64,000 bases of DNA from Chloropicon primus (Eukaryota): assembly GCA_023205875.1 (NCBI GenBank), contig CP060756.1, positions 558,001 to 622,000 on the forward strand, given 5' to 3'. Below, piece after piece: positions 9,454 to 21,275 of the stretch. Position 1 is the first letter of the stretch, and the number at the start of each line of letters is the position of its first letter. Made by a program: the position numbers and the translations under genes. The notes under the pieces were generated by a model. That model was not told where the DNA came from. It was given only the letters and a program-made list of their open reading frames with translations, and searched no databases.

Positions 9454-10668
9454 ATGAGGGAGGCAGCAGCAGAAGAGGGGCCGGAAGGACCCACCACCAC
9501 CGCCACCGCGGTTCATCAACAGCAACAACAACAACATCGCAAGGGAGGAGGAGTCGCTTTCGCTTCCGCTTCCGCTTCCCCGGGCAACGAAGGCGACGAG
9601 AAGAAGCGTCCGGAAAGCAATGAAGGCGGCGAGCCGGGCTGCAGCCCCAACACCACCAACAAGGACAACAAACACCACCAACAACAAGAAGAAGGAGAAG
9701 GAGAGGAAGAGCTGTCCGAGGAGGAGGAAGAAGGTGGAGGCCTTCGTCGCCGCGGCGGCCCCTCCTCCAGCTCCTTCTCCTCGCGCTCGATCCTTCTGAA
9801 GAGGTTGGGGGAAGAGGAGCACACCGCGATCTCGCAGGTCCTGAGCCTGCAGCAAGGGCAGTTCGACTACCAGGTGCAGGAGCTGCACCACATCTCCCAG
9901 AGGCAGTGGCAGCACGTCTCGCGGACCCTGTTCCCTTGCCTGGAGAACTTCAGGCCCGCGCTGAGCGGGGTAGGGGGCGTCAACCCCAGCACGGCCTCCC
10001 CCCTCTTCTCGGCGGGAGGGTCGAGCAACCTGATGCAGGCGGCGCAAGACCAGAAGACCGCGTCCCCCGCGGTGAGCAACCAGGGTGGGGCCTGGTGGCA
10101 TGACCCCATGAAGGTCCTGGGCATGCAGCACCTGCCGTCCATTCTGCAGGGCTCGATGAGCCTGCCGCAGTCGAGCAGCCAGATGGAGTCGACGATGGTC
10201 GGGAGCCACCACCCGAGCCTGAACGTCAACCCCGGCGTCGATCACCACCAGCAGCAGCAGCAAGACCTCAGCAGGCAGCAGGAGTCGAGCATCGGCTTGG
10301 TGAACCCCATCTCGATGACGGGGAGCAAGAACCTCCTGGACGCGTCGGAGCCCTCGGAAGCGGCGAAGAGGCCCCGCCCCGTCGCCGGCGTCGGGGAGAG
10401 CAGCAAGAACCACCTCCCGGATCAGCAAAACCCCAGGGAGAAGAGGCTCAAGGAAGGGGGCTTCCAAAGGGTCGTGGGAGCGACGATCGCAAAGAGTGAA
10501 GGCGCGGAGCTGACGCAGCAAATGCCGCTGTCGTGCCCAAAGCCAAAGGTGGCGACGCCGCAGTCCGCCATCGACATCCTGCTGGCGCTGAGCGACACGG
10601 CGACCGGGGACGCGAACGCCTCGATCGCCCCGGCAAAGGAGGAAAACGCCAAGAAAGCATCGTCGTGA
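9454..10668 (+). CDS. Q-rich, largely disordered protein with an ELF3-like conserved block
   Basis: Long ORF with coding bias. LGEEEHTAISQVLSLQQGQFDYQVQELHHISQRQ resembles the ELF3 block II pattern. Confidence 0.6.
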   Translation: MREAAAEEGPEGPTTTATAVHQQQQQQHRKGGGVAFASASASPGNEGDEKKRPESNEGGEPGCSPNTTNKDNKHHQQQEEGEGEEELSEEEEEGGGLRRRGGPSSSSFSSRSILLKRLGEEEHTAISQVLSLQQGQFDYQVQELHHISQRQWQHVSRTLFPCLENFRPALSGVGGVNPSTASPLFSAGGSSNLMQAAQDQKTASPAVSNQGGAWWHDPMKVLGMQHLPSILQGSMSLPQSSSQMESTMVGSHHPSLNVNPGVDHHQQQQQDLSRQQESSIGLVNPISMTGSKNLLDASEPSEAAKRPRPVAGVGESSKNHLPDQQNPREKRLKEGGFQRVVGATIAKSEGAELTQQMPLSCPKPKVATPQSAIDILLALSDTATGDANASIAPAKEENAKKASS

Positions 10669-10964
10669 GCTGGCACCGGCAACCATGGTTTTGTTTTTTG
10701 AGGAAGGTCGATATTTATTGCGATTGATGCGGGAGAGAGACACGCGCAACAAGAAGAACGCGATACCCGGCGGGCGATACAAGAAATGCAAAAGTCGCCC
10801 CGGAGACAACCACCGGGGAGAGCCGAAGGCCAAGGCAGGCTTGTTTCAATATACACAGATGTACTATTAGTTTCATTTCATACATATATATATATATACA
10901 CAAAACACAAACTCGCATGATGAGAGAAAAGAGAGCTGCTGATTTCTGCTCTCTCTCTCTCTCC

Positions 10965-11791
10965 CTAGTACGACGACGACGACTGCCCCGCGAGGTCCTC
11001 GACGGGGTCCCCCCCCTCGGACCAGCTCCGGATCCCCGCGCCGTCCTCAAACAAGGACTCCTGATGCTGCTGGTCCGCGACGTTCTCCAACGACGGCACC
11101 CCGCCGGCGGCCCTCTCGGATAGCTTCAGGGACACCGTCTCCTCGATCGCCTTGTAGACGCCCTTGTTCTCCAGGAGGTACTGCACGGTGTTCTCCCTTC
11201 CCTGCCCGATGTTTGTCCCGTCCAGGCTGTACCAGCTACCCTTCTTCTCGACCACCTCGAGCTCCTCCGCGACGTCCAGCAAGCTTGCCTCCTTGTTGAT
11301 GCCCCGGTCGAACATGATGTCGAACACCCCGATCTTGTAGGGAGGGGCAACCTTGTTCTTCGTGACCTTGACTCTCACCTTGATCCCCTTCTCCTCGTTC
11401 TTGGAGTCCCTCAGGGTCTCCTTCCTCCGGATGTCCAGGCGGACCGAGGAGTAGAACTTGAGAGCGTTCCCCCCGCTCGTGATCTCCGGGTTCCCGAAGA
11501 TCACGCCGACCTTCTGCCTGAGCTGATTAAGGAAGACCACTGTGCAGTTGCACTTGGAGGCGTTCGCGTTGAGCCTCCTCAGGGCCTGGCTCATCAACCT
11601 GGCCTGCAAGCCGATCTGGGGGCTCCCCATCTCCCCCTCAATCTCTGCCTTGGGGACCAGAGCCGCCACGGAGTCTATCACGATGATGTCCACGGCGTGA
11701 GACCTGGCAAACTTGTCCACCACCTCGAGAGCCTCCTCGGCGGCCTCGGCCTGGACGATGATCAGCTTCTCGACTGGAGAGAGTTGTCCCA

Positions 11792-11877
<86 letters not shown>

Positions 11878-12429
11878 GGAAGGAAACAGACAAGGGCAAG
11901 AGTCAGAACAAGGTGTAAAACCAGAACCGATCGATGGTGGGTACGTACTGTCCACGCCGACTTTCTGCGAGTAGACGGGGTCGAAGGCATGCTCCGCATC
12001 GACGAGGACGGCAGTCCCTCCCGTTCTCTGAACCTCTGCTATGGCGTGCATGGCCAAGGTCGTCTTCCCGCTGCTCTCCGGCCCGTAGACCTCCACAATT
12101 CTTCCCTTGGGTATGCCCCCTCCCAAGGCCAGGTCCAGGGTGTGGACCCCCGTGGGAAACATGGCCACCTTGGCCTGAGCGGCCTCGTCGCCAAGGACTT
12201 GGACGATGCCCTTGCCGTACTGCTTCTCTATGTCCTTCATGACGGCGTCGAGGGCACCCTTCCTGGCCTGCCACGCCGCGTCGTCACTCTTCCCTCCCTT
12301 GCCCTTGGCACGACATGGACCAGGCAACCTCGCCCTGCTGCTCCGCTTCTTGTGTGAGGAAAACCTAAATATACCAACGCCGGTGTGGACCGCCCTTTGG
12401 CTCCCGGAGGCCGCACTCTGCACTCGCAT
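10965..12429 (-). CDS. recA: Organelle (plastid)-targeted RecA, 2 exons; intron 11774-11948
   Basis: [58 protein letters not shown]. The splice gives GVD-I-EKL. Transit peptide present. Confidence 0.95.
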
Positions 12430-12621
12430 GCTTCTGCCTTCCCTTCCCTTCTTCTCTCCTCGTCTTCCGCGACCGACTCGACCTGCTGCGACGACTCGAC
12501 TGCTGACTTGACCCTCCTGCTGCTGCTGAATTCTGCTGAGGGAAGATCTTTTGGAGGAAGGGAGAGCCAATGAATGTGGGTAATGGATTGATTGATTTTT
12601 GTTACACAACTCAAGCTTGAG

Positions 12622-15231
12622 TTAGAGTATGCCGTTCAGGACGCGCTGGTAGTAGTCGTACTGACGGGTTCTCCAAGCGTCCATCGAGTCCGAGATCATG
12701 TTCAAGACGATCTCTATGCACTCTTCCTCCGTGGCCGAGAGGTGGAACCTCTTCTTGAGAGCGTTGAGAACTCGTGGCCCCCCGCTGAAGCAGGGGAAGG
12801 CGCTGTGCTGCATCATCTCGACCAAGTCAAGGAAGTGCTGGGCGTGCTTCCTGCAGCTGAGGAAGACCTGGATACAAAGGATTTTGAAGTAGTCGAACAG
12901 CTCGGACCCTTTCCCGTCGGCGTCGCTGTCCATGACTTCCAGGAACTCCCTGGTGAGCTTGAAAGGAGCGGTCTCAAAGTTGATCCCCCCCGGGGAGTTC
13001 GACAGCATGAACCCGAAATCGATGTGAACCAAGTGACCGGCCTCGTCCAGAAGAATGTTCGCGTTGTGCCTGTCCTTGATCTGAAGCAAGTAGGACACGA
13101 TGCTGTACCCGGCCATGCTCTCCACGAAATTACGTTTCGCGACAGTGTGGGCCCTCGATCCTTTCTTGTACTTCTCGTCAAAAAAGTCCGCGAGAGAGAA
13201 GCCCTTGGGAAGCTTTCCCTTGATCGAGTGGATGGACTGGGCGTCCACAACCGTCTCGATCAACGCGGAGTGGCTGCTCGTGACGAGAACCTTGATGGGT
13301 CTCAGCCACGCCTGCAAGCCGTCCTGAACGAAGATGCTGTGGAACTCCTTCAGCAGCTGGACCGCCATGAGCTCTTGGCGGCAGTCGTCCCCCGCTTTCA
13401 CTATCACGCTCCTCACGTTCCAACCGGGCTGACTTCCAAAGACAGAGTCGCCCCTCAGCCTCGCTTTCTGCTGCGCAAAGCTCTCCCCGAACAAGGCCTT
13501 GACGTCAAAGTAAGTTCCCGCGGCCTTCTTAATGGCGACGCTAGGCGGGTCATCCGCTGATAGGTTATTGTGAGCCGGGGCGGACTGCTTCCTGTGCTTT
13601 TCTGCCATCGTCTTGAGCGCTTCGTAGGAGGGAACGCGGCGACTCTTCCGCAGGCTCTTCTTGTTGCTGAGGTGCTTGAAGCTCAGGTCTGTTCCCACAA
13701 CACCTATCTTCACTTTCACAACTTGTTCCGTCGGGGACTTTTTCCCAAACCCGAACCAAGACCTGTCCAAAAGCTTCTTCTCTTGGACGTGCAGCGACAC
13801 ACTCACTATTGGAGGCTCCCCGCAGATGCTCGTCATCGCTTCGTCTATCGCCTCCGAGACACTTCGAGCCGCGTCGGCGTTGCTGAGGGGATCCATAATT
13901 TGGCTGTCGAACCCGAGGGCGATCTCCTCAAGGAGCTTGGCGCTGTCATCCGAATCCTCATCCTGATCCGCTTTCATGGTCGTGGTTTGGGAACCGTGCA
14001 GAACGGTGTCCGCCCCTGCGTCCGCCCCAGGGGACGCGTGGTTGTAAGGCCTGTCGCTGGGCGACGTGTAGTTGTAGCTATCCTTCCTTCCAAAGTGCCC
14101 TTCTCCGTTTGACCTCTGGTTTATCTTCATGGGTGTTGTGTATGGCGACGTTCTAGTGCTGGTGCTGGTCGCCTCCTCCTCGGCTATGACTTCCAAGGGT
14201 ATCATGAACGGGACCTTTTCTCTAGAATTCATCAATATCGCGTCATGGACAGCCAAGCGAACTACCCTCTCGCTCTTGGTGCACATCGGGAAAATGCATG
14301 CAGATCCCGCGGCCTCTGGGCTCTCGAGCGCCCGATTTATTTCATGAAGCATGCTGACTAGGGCGTCCTGCCTTTCGTCACTTGGCATCGCCGCGAGCCG
14401 TGCTGAGACTTCGCAGAGAGCTTCGAACAAGTCCAGCGTAGCAGCAAAGGTGTTTTTCCTCATCCTTGGGGAAGTGAGAGGAGAGAACACGCCGCCAGAC
14501 GCATTGCTCGACCTCCTCTCGCAGTCCTGGAGAGGCAAAGCCGGCACGGAGCTTGGCCGAGCGCTTTCGTTTTCATTGCCTTCCGTCAAGTCCTCGCTGT
14601 CGCTATCTCTGTCGCTCTCGCCCGACTCGTCGTCCTCCTTCCCCTCGTGAAAGCCCAGCTTCCTCGCCGCCGGGGAGTCCACCGCGCTTGGCTTCTCCTC
14701 CTCCGCGGCAGCTGCTTGCGCGAGCTTGGCCTGCTGGTGCGTGGTCTCCAAGTGGCCTCGGAAAGGAAGGACCCAGTGGCCAGTCAGCGCCGCGTCGCAG
14801 CACTCGTTCACAAGCCTCTTTATGTGCTTCTGCTGCGACTCGTTCTTCTGATAGTCGTCGATAAAGGACGTCAGCAGCCAGTACCCCTTGACTGCCACGT
14901 TGAGCGACCGCGAACACAGATCATTGAAGAACCTTTCCAAAGAACTCGTTCCTCTCGAGGCAAGGATGATGCAAATTTGGGGCAGGTACTTCTCCAGCTT
15001 CCTGTCAGGAAAGTCGTACAACCGATTGCAGATGTAATCCTCTATCCCCGTCCCGCTGTGCTTAAATAGATATGATACAGCCATCCACTCGTCGAAAAAG
15101 TTCGAGTCGAACAGCCTCAGCAGGAGGTCCGTTTGAGACTCAGGCGTTTGCGACGACGTGAGCACCGAGGCTCTCGGAGACACGTCCTTCGGGACGAACT
15201 CCGTCGGAATCTCCTCTTCGATTGGCTCCAT
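12622..15231 (-). CDS. Phosphatidylinositol 4-kinase type III beta
   Basis: VIVKAGDDCRQE, QIKDRHNANILL, HIDFGFML, FETAPFKLT, C-terminal QYDYYQRVLNGIL; N-terminal LLRLFDS.FF helical region. Confidence 0.95.
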   Translation of the reverse strand: MEPIEEEIPTEFVPKDVSPRASVLTSSQTPESQTDLLLRLFDSNFFDEWMAVSYLFKHSGTGIEDYICNRLYDFPDRKLEKYLPQICIILASRGTSSLERFFNDLCSRSLNVAVKGYWLLTSFIDDYQKNESQQKHIKRLVNECCDAALTGHWVLPFRGHLETTHQQAKLAQAAAAEEEKPSAVDSPAARKLGFHEGKEDDESGESDRDSDSEDLTEGNENESARPSSVPALPLQDCERRSSNASGGVFSPLTSPRMRKNTFAATLDLFEALCEVSARLAAMPSDERQDALVSMLHEINRALESPEAAGSACIFPMCTKSERVVRLAVHDAILMNSREKVPFMIPLEVIAEEEATSTSTRTSPYTTPMKINQRSNGEGHFGRKDSYNYTSPSDRPYNHASPGADAGADTVLHGSQTTTMKADQDEDSDDSAKLLEEIALGFDSQIMDPLSNADAARSVSEAIDEAMTSICGEPPIVSVSLHVQEKKLLDRSWFGFGKKSPTEQVVKVKIGVVGTDLSFKHLSNKKSLRKSRRVPSYEALKTMAEKHRKQSAPAHNNLSADDPPSVAIKKAAGTYFDVKALFGESFAQQKARLRGDSVFGSQPGWNVRSVIVKAGDDCRQELMAVQLLKEFHSIFVQDGLQAWLRPIKVLVTSSHSALIETVVDAQSIHSIKGKLPKGFSLADFFDEKYKKGSRAHTVAKRNFVESMAGYSIVSYLLQIKDRHNANILLDEAGHLVHIDFGFMLSNSPGGINFETAPFKLTREFLEVMDSDADGKGSELFDYFKILCIQVFLSCRKHAQHFLDLVEMMQHSAFPCFSGGPRVLNALKKRFHLSATEEECIEIVLNMISDSMDAWRTRQYDYYQRVLNGIL

Positions 15232-16043
15232 CCTTTCTCTCTCGCTTCACGCCTTCACACCTCTTCCATCTCAACAAGGCCACCTTTCCATCCTCACTCC
15301 CTTGACTACTTTTCCCTCTCCTCTTCCCCTCTGCCGTCAAGAAAGGAACGAGGACCCACTCACGCGAACCGCAAAAGCAAAGTGGCCTCAAGAAAAAAAA
15401 AAAAAAACAGGCGAAGGCAAAGAAGAAGACGAAGACCTCGACCCTCCCCCCTCTCCTCTCTCTCTCTGTCTTTCTCCGCCCTCTCTCTCTCTCTCTCTCT
15501 CTCTCGCCTCCCTCCTCGGCTCTGCGCTGCCCTGCTGGTTCGCGAGATTCGCTCTCTCGCTTTTGTACGGCGGTGGGCTGGGCGCTGGATCGAGAAAGGA
15601 GGACCTTGGGACGAAGAGGAGGCAAGGGAGGGAGAGGGAGGGACAAGGACGCAAGGGTGGGTGAAATAGTCAAAAGGATCTCGTCCCGAGCTTTCGAAAG
15701 AGTCCTCCCTCGTTGGAGGCGACGCCGGGGTGAGAAAGTTAGCTTCGAAAGGAAGGCCGGAAGGGAGAGGCCTTGAGGGAGAGGGAGACGTACCTTACCT
15801 TGGCGAGGGGAGAGGAGAGCGGGAGGGGAGAGGGTGAGGGTGGAAGGGTCCCGTCGCGAGATTTCGAAAGGAGTCGGTTGCTCGTGGGAGGCGGCGCTGG
15901 GGTGAGGACTCGGGGCGACGGGAGAGGGGAGGGAGAGGGAGAGGGAGAGGCTTGAGGCCGAGGAGGGAGGAGACGAGGGGACGGCGAGAGGGTGGGGGCA
16001 AGATAGGGTCTTGGTGCTGAAGGGAGGTCCACTGGATTGAGAA

Positions 16044-17186
16044 ATGGACGAAGGGACGTCGAAGTCGTCGGGAGGCGGGGGGTACAGGTACACGACAGAC
16101 GAGGAGAGACAGCTGTTGGAGAGGCAAAAGAAGGTGATATGGTCCTGGCTCAAGAAAGTTGGTCGGAACCTCATCTCGGAGGGGGTGAACCTGACGAAGG
16201 TTTCCCTTCCCGTGGAGCTCTTCGAGTCCAAGTCTTTCCTGGAGAGGGTGTGCGACAGTTGGAGCTACCTCGACCTCCTGGAGCGGGCCGCGGAGGCGAC
16301 GGACCCCGTCGAGCGCATGCGTTGCCTGATCGCCTTTGCCGTTTCCGGGCTGAGCCTCCAGGTGAACCCGAACAAGCCTTTCAATCCGATTTTGGGGGAA
16401 ACGTACCAGGGCGCTTACAAGAACGGCATGCGAGTGTACTGCGAGCAGGTGTCCCACCACCCTCCCGTGTCTTGCTGGGAGGTCGTGGACCCCAAGGAGA
16501 GGTTCAGGTTCACCGGCACGGGTCACATCACGGCGACGACGAGGGCGAACTCGGTGAGGGCGTGTCAGAAGGGGGACAGCAGCGTGTTCTTCCGCTCGGA
16601 CGGCGCCACAGTGTCCTGGAACCTTCCCGGGCTCATACTGAAGAACGTCATGTTTGGGGAGCGCGTGCTCAAGTACTCGGGTGAGATGCTATTCAGGGAC
16701 GATAAGAACGGCTTGGAGTGCCTGGTGAAGGTGGATCCGTCCGAGGAGAAGTCCATGTTCTCCCGGATGCTCAGCAGCAAGAAGAAGAATTCCGTCACCG
16801 GAACTCTGGACGAGGTCTTCGGGGAGATCGTAGACAAGGACGCGAAGGTCCTGGACAGGTGCGAGGGATCCTGGCTGAGCCACCTCGATTGGGGCCTGAA
16901 CAAGGGGGAGAGCAACAGGTACTGGACGCGCGACAAGTCGAATTGCGTGTACCCCGCCCCGCAGGCGGGACCCCTCGACAGCGACTGCAGCTTTAGGATA
17001 GACATGCAGGCTCTGCGACGGGCGGAAACGAACCCGGACGACGCGGAACTCTACGCCCAGTGCATCCAAGAGGCTCAGGACAGCAAGGTCCACCTGGAGA
17101 ACATCCAAAGGTCCGACGCGAAGCTTAGGAAGAAGGGCCTCGCCATGGCCTCGAAGGACTCCTCCAAAGATAACAATAACGTGTAA
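16044..17186 (+). CDS. Oxysterol-binding protein-related (short ORP)
   Basis: LTKVSLPV..FE..SFLER, KPFNPILGET and the EQVSHHPP signature. Confidence 0.95.
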   Translation: MDEGTSKSSGGGGYRYTTDEERQLLERQKKVIWSWLKKVGRNLISEGVNLTKVSLPVELFESKSFLERVCDSWSYLDLLERAAEATDPVERMRCLIAFAVSGLSLQVNPNKPFNPILGETYQGAYKNGMRVYCEQVSHHPPVSCWEVVDPKERFRFTGTGHITATTRANSVRACQKGDSSVFFRSDGATVSWNLPGLILKNVMFGERVLKYSGEMLFRDDKNGLECLVKVDPSEEKSMFSRMLSSKKKNSVTGTLDEVFGEIVDKDAKVLDRCEGSWLSHLDWGLNKGESNRYWTRDKSNCVYPAPQAGPLDSDCSFRIDMQALRRAETNPDDAELYAQCIQEAQDSKVHLENIQRSDAKLRKKGLAMASKDSSKDNNNV

Positions 17187-17725
17187 TCGATCGCACAGCA
17201 TTGTTCACAGTCACATCCATCCACATCTCGACTTGTGATATCATTGATGGCTCCCCCCTCTGCAGGAGAGAGGCCTTTGGGTGGCCCAAGGTTCCCCCCC
17301 CCAAAAAAAAAGCAAGAAGCAAACAAGAAACAAACAAAAAAGTGGATCCTTCACGTTTTGCTCTCGGGCGTGATGCCCCCCTCCACCAAGAACGGAACGA
17401 CCCATCCCTCCTCCTTTGATCCATCCATCCATCCATCCATCCAACCATCCATCCAACCATCCCCCCTCTGCGCCTTGATCCATCCAGCAATGCCACGTCA
17501 TTCCTTGCAAGCGAGGGCTCTTTGGAAAGAGCGAGAGAAAAGATATCCACCCACTCATGCCACACCTCCCCCCTCCCCCCCCTCCTCGGCATCCGCTCTC
17601 CATATCACTGACCACGCTCCTCCTCATCCCCCCTTGGGTTGGAAAAGTTCTCACATCTTTTCGGCCGCCTCGCGCGCCGAACGATTTCAAAAAAAAAAGG
17701 AGAGAAGAGAGAGGTAGCGGTGCGG

Positions 17726-17760
<35 letters not shown>

Positions 17761-17789
17761 ACACGCGACGACCCGCAGGAGAGGACACC

Positions 17790-17969
17790 ATGGTGGCGCC
17801 CAAGACAGGTGGAAACAAGAAGGGAGAAACCTTCCGGTAAGTGGACCGCGACAAGGACGCGAACCCTCGGCGAACTCGGCTCTGGTTCCGGGGTGATCTT
17901 GGCCCAGGGAAGAGGACTGGGAAGGAGCCTTTCCTCGTTTCGTTGTGGCTGGCGCGACGCTGACGCGTT

Positions 17970-18003
<34 letters not shown>

Positions 18004-19745
18004 GTGCTGCGACGCGATACTGCGGCGGTGGTGGGGCTGCATCTCTGTCTCTTTCTTTTCTCCGCTCGGATCGATCTCTGTTGTGATCTATTGATGGAAC
18101 GGCGACAGGGACGACTCGAGAAAGGTTGAGGTCAGGATCTCGAACATAGAGGCGGCGAAGGCGCTGTCCGATGCGGTGAGAACGTCCCTCGGCCCGAGGG
18201 GCATGGACAAGATGGTGAAGCAGGCCGACGGCGAGGTTATTATCACGAACGACGGGGCCACCATCCTTGACAAAGTGAAGGTAGGAGACCCTTTTCCCCA
18301 GCAAGAAGTTGTCCCTTCGGAAACCCTGACCCCTTTTGCTTCTTCGTTTCCTTCTTCTCGTCAAGGTCGTGCACCCGGCTGCGAAGATGCTTGTGGAGCT
18401 CTCCAAGTCCCAGGACGTGAACGCCGGCGACGGAACCACGTCCGTTGTCGTGATCTGCGGATCTTTGCTGAAGAAGTGCTTGGAGCTCTTGAACAAGGGG
18501 GTCCACCCAACGATCATCTCGGACTCGATGGGAAAGGCCTGCAAGAAGGCCTCCGAGATTCTCCAGGAGATGGCCTCCCCCATCAACATCCAGGACAGAG
18601 AAGCTCTTATCAAAGCGGCGACGACGTCTTTGAGCAGTAAGGTTGTGTCCCAGCACGCTTCCCTTCTCGCCCCAATGGCAGTGGACACCGTCCTCAAGGT
18701 GATCAACCCGGAGAACCCGAACAGGGTCGACCTTAGGGACATCTCCATCATCAAGAAGGGCGGAGGAACCATTGATGACAGCATGATGTTGGACAACGGC
18801 TTGCTCTTGAACCAGAAGCCTTGCACCTCCAGCGGTGGCCCAAGAAGGGTCGAGAACGCAAAGATCGGGCTTATTCAGTTTTGCATCTCTCCACCAAAGA
18901 CCGACTTGGAGTCCACTGTCGTGGTGAACGACTACCAGCAGATGGACAGGATTCTCAAGGAGGAGAGGAACTACATTTTGAGCATTGTCAAGAAGATCAG
19001 GAAGTCTGGCTGCAACGTTTTGCTTATCCAGAAGTCTATCCTCAGGGACGCCGTCACGGACCTTTCCTTGCACTACCTCGCAAAGGCAAAGATCTTCGTG
19101 GTCCGAGACATTGAGAGGGACCAGGTGGAATTCATCAGCAAGACTCTCAACTGCCTTCCAATAGCGCACGTCGACCACATGACCCCTGACAAGCTTGGCC
19201 AGGCCAAGCTCGTCGAGGAGATGCCAGTGGGAGGATCAAGGGTAACCAAGTTCACCGGAGTGGACAACGTGGCCCCAACAAGCTGCTGCTTGCTGAGGGG
19301 ATCGAACAAGCTCGTTCTCGAGGAGGCGGAGAGGTCTTTGCACGACGCCCAGTGCGTGATCAGGTGCCTGGTGCAGAAGCCCTTCATGCTCGCTGGTGGC
19401 GGAGCGCCGGAAGTGGAGGTGAGCAGGAAGCTCGGGGCTTGGGCCAAGAGTCTGACCGGCATGGAGAGCTACTGCGTCAAGGGCTTTGCGGAGGCCCTTG
19501 AGGTCATTCCATACACCCTTGCCGAGAACGCTGGTTTGAACCCCCTGCAGATTGTGACCGAGCTTCGCCAGAAGCACGCGCAAGGGGAGTCCAACTGCGG
19601 CATCAACGTCCGCAAGTCGACCTTGACGGACATGGCCGAGGAGAACGTGGTGCAGCCACTCCAGGTGTCCCTCAGTGCCTTGACGCTGGCGACGGAGTGC
19701 GTGAGAATGATTCTCAAGATCGACGACGTCGTTCCCGTGAGGTAA
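17790..19745 (+). CDS. CCT4: T-complex protein 1 subunit delta, 3 exons; introns 17837-18108 and 18281-18365
   Basis: [54 protein letters not shown]. Splices are in frame. Confidence 0.93.
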
Positions 19746-20021
19746 AACAAAACAAAAAAGGGAACTCTATGAAATATGTCTATGGACGATAGATGATTTT
19801 ATAATCAAACCTCATTTATTTCTTCCACGATCCCCCACAGGGATGCATATCACGCCTTCCCTTCCCATCACCCACCTTCCCTTCCCTTCCCCACGTGTTC
19901 AAGGAGGCCAAAAAACCTAGAGAAAATATCATACCATTGTGTTCGTGAAGAACAGAGAGAACAGAGAGAGAGAAGTCTTGCGCAGAGATTAAAGACCGAA
20001 GATGTTGAGCATGAGAAAGAC

Positions 20022-20823
20022 TTTCCTCGGCCTCGTTGCCGTAGCCATCGTCCTCTCCACGTCCACCGAGGCGTACGTGGTGTCCTCCGCCCACGTGGCC
20101 GAGCACATCACTAAAAACTTGCAAGGATTCAGTGTCCAGTGTGGGCAAGACTTGGGTGAGTTCCCGCACGACCACGGGATTGCACTCCATTGTCATCGAA
20201 AGCGATTGACTGACCTTCTCCTCCCCTTCCTCAATCGATCTTGTTCGTGAAAACCTCGAAAAATAATCCAGGTCGCGTCTACGCCGACAAGTCCGTCTTG
20301 GCCCTCATTGGAAAGCTTGCTCAGGACGCTGCTGGGGAGGCCCAGATGATCTCTGACACTTGCGGTGCCACCGCTTTCTCTTGCATCACTGCTTTCGGTG
20401 CCGGCAGCTGCTGCACGTTCGAGGGACCAACCATGTGGGCCAAGCACCTCGGAGACCTCACTGCCTTGCAGCAAGTTGGCGAGAGGGTGGCCCCTGGTTA
20501 CGTTGCAGTTGGTAGCGTGGTCCTGACCATCAACGTCGCCGCCTCCGGAACGATCGTCAGCCTTGCTGAGAGCTTCATGAACCCTTTCTTTGTCGTAAGT
20601 GGAACGTGACGACGACGTTGAGCTCGACACGACACTCTTTTGTGGCGATCCCCTTGTGACTGACCCTCTTCCTCTTCCCTTCTCTTCTCGTTGGCAAAAA
20701 AAGCCTAAAACTTGCGTGAACAAGGACGATGCCCTCGCTTTGAACCTTTATTCCTCCGCGGCTTGCCAGAAGCAGCCCATGCCAGGCATCACCGTCTTGA
20801 ACTGCGGCGTCGAGTGGTCGTAA
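20022..20823 (+). CDS. Small secreted Cys-containing protein, 3 exons (introns ~20156-20270 and ~20595-20703)
   Basis: Signal peptide MRKTFLGLVAVAIVLSTSTEA. GTGAGT/GTAAGT donors and CTGAC branch points link three short ORFs. Family not recognised. Confidence 0.6.
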
Positions 20824-21275
20824 ACTGCTTTCGCCACCGAGCCGGGCGAACTAAGAGTCACTCCCTCCTAAAAAGAGTTTTTGTTCAACCCAAACCAAGA
20901 AGTACAAGACGCGGTGCCGCACCGCATGCATTGCTTGCCCCATCACTGTGATCGCGCAAGCAGTTCAGCAACTAAACACAAAACTCCTCCACCTCTCCCC
21001 TCTCACAAAACCTCTTCCCAACACAAAGAAGCTTGTCATCAAAAGGGGGAAGAAAGATAAGAGAGAGAGAGAGAGAGAGACGCTTCGTCCGTCGCATCGC
21101 TTCATCCATCGCTTTCCAGAACACACCCCATCCCACCCGCCATCGTCTTCGTACTCCAAACCGCCCAGTCTTGGCCACCTTTGGTCTCATGAGCTGAGCG
21201 GTTACGACTGAGGTAACGGCTGCCTGTCTGTCGTTAAACGCTAAGAGGGAGGCGAGCAGGTGTGCGTTCGACGAG

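Noticed and set aside
11796..11874. (CA)n(GA)n and other microsatellites as special elements
   Set aside because: They are ubiquitous in introns and intergenic DNA in this window, with nothing locus-specific.
10965..12429. Bacterial-type recA as contamination or recent HGT
   Set aside because: It has a spliceosomal intron and a transit peptide; nuclear-encoded organellar RecA is standard in green algae.
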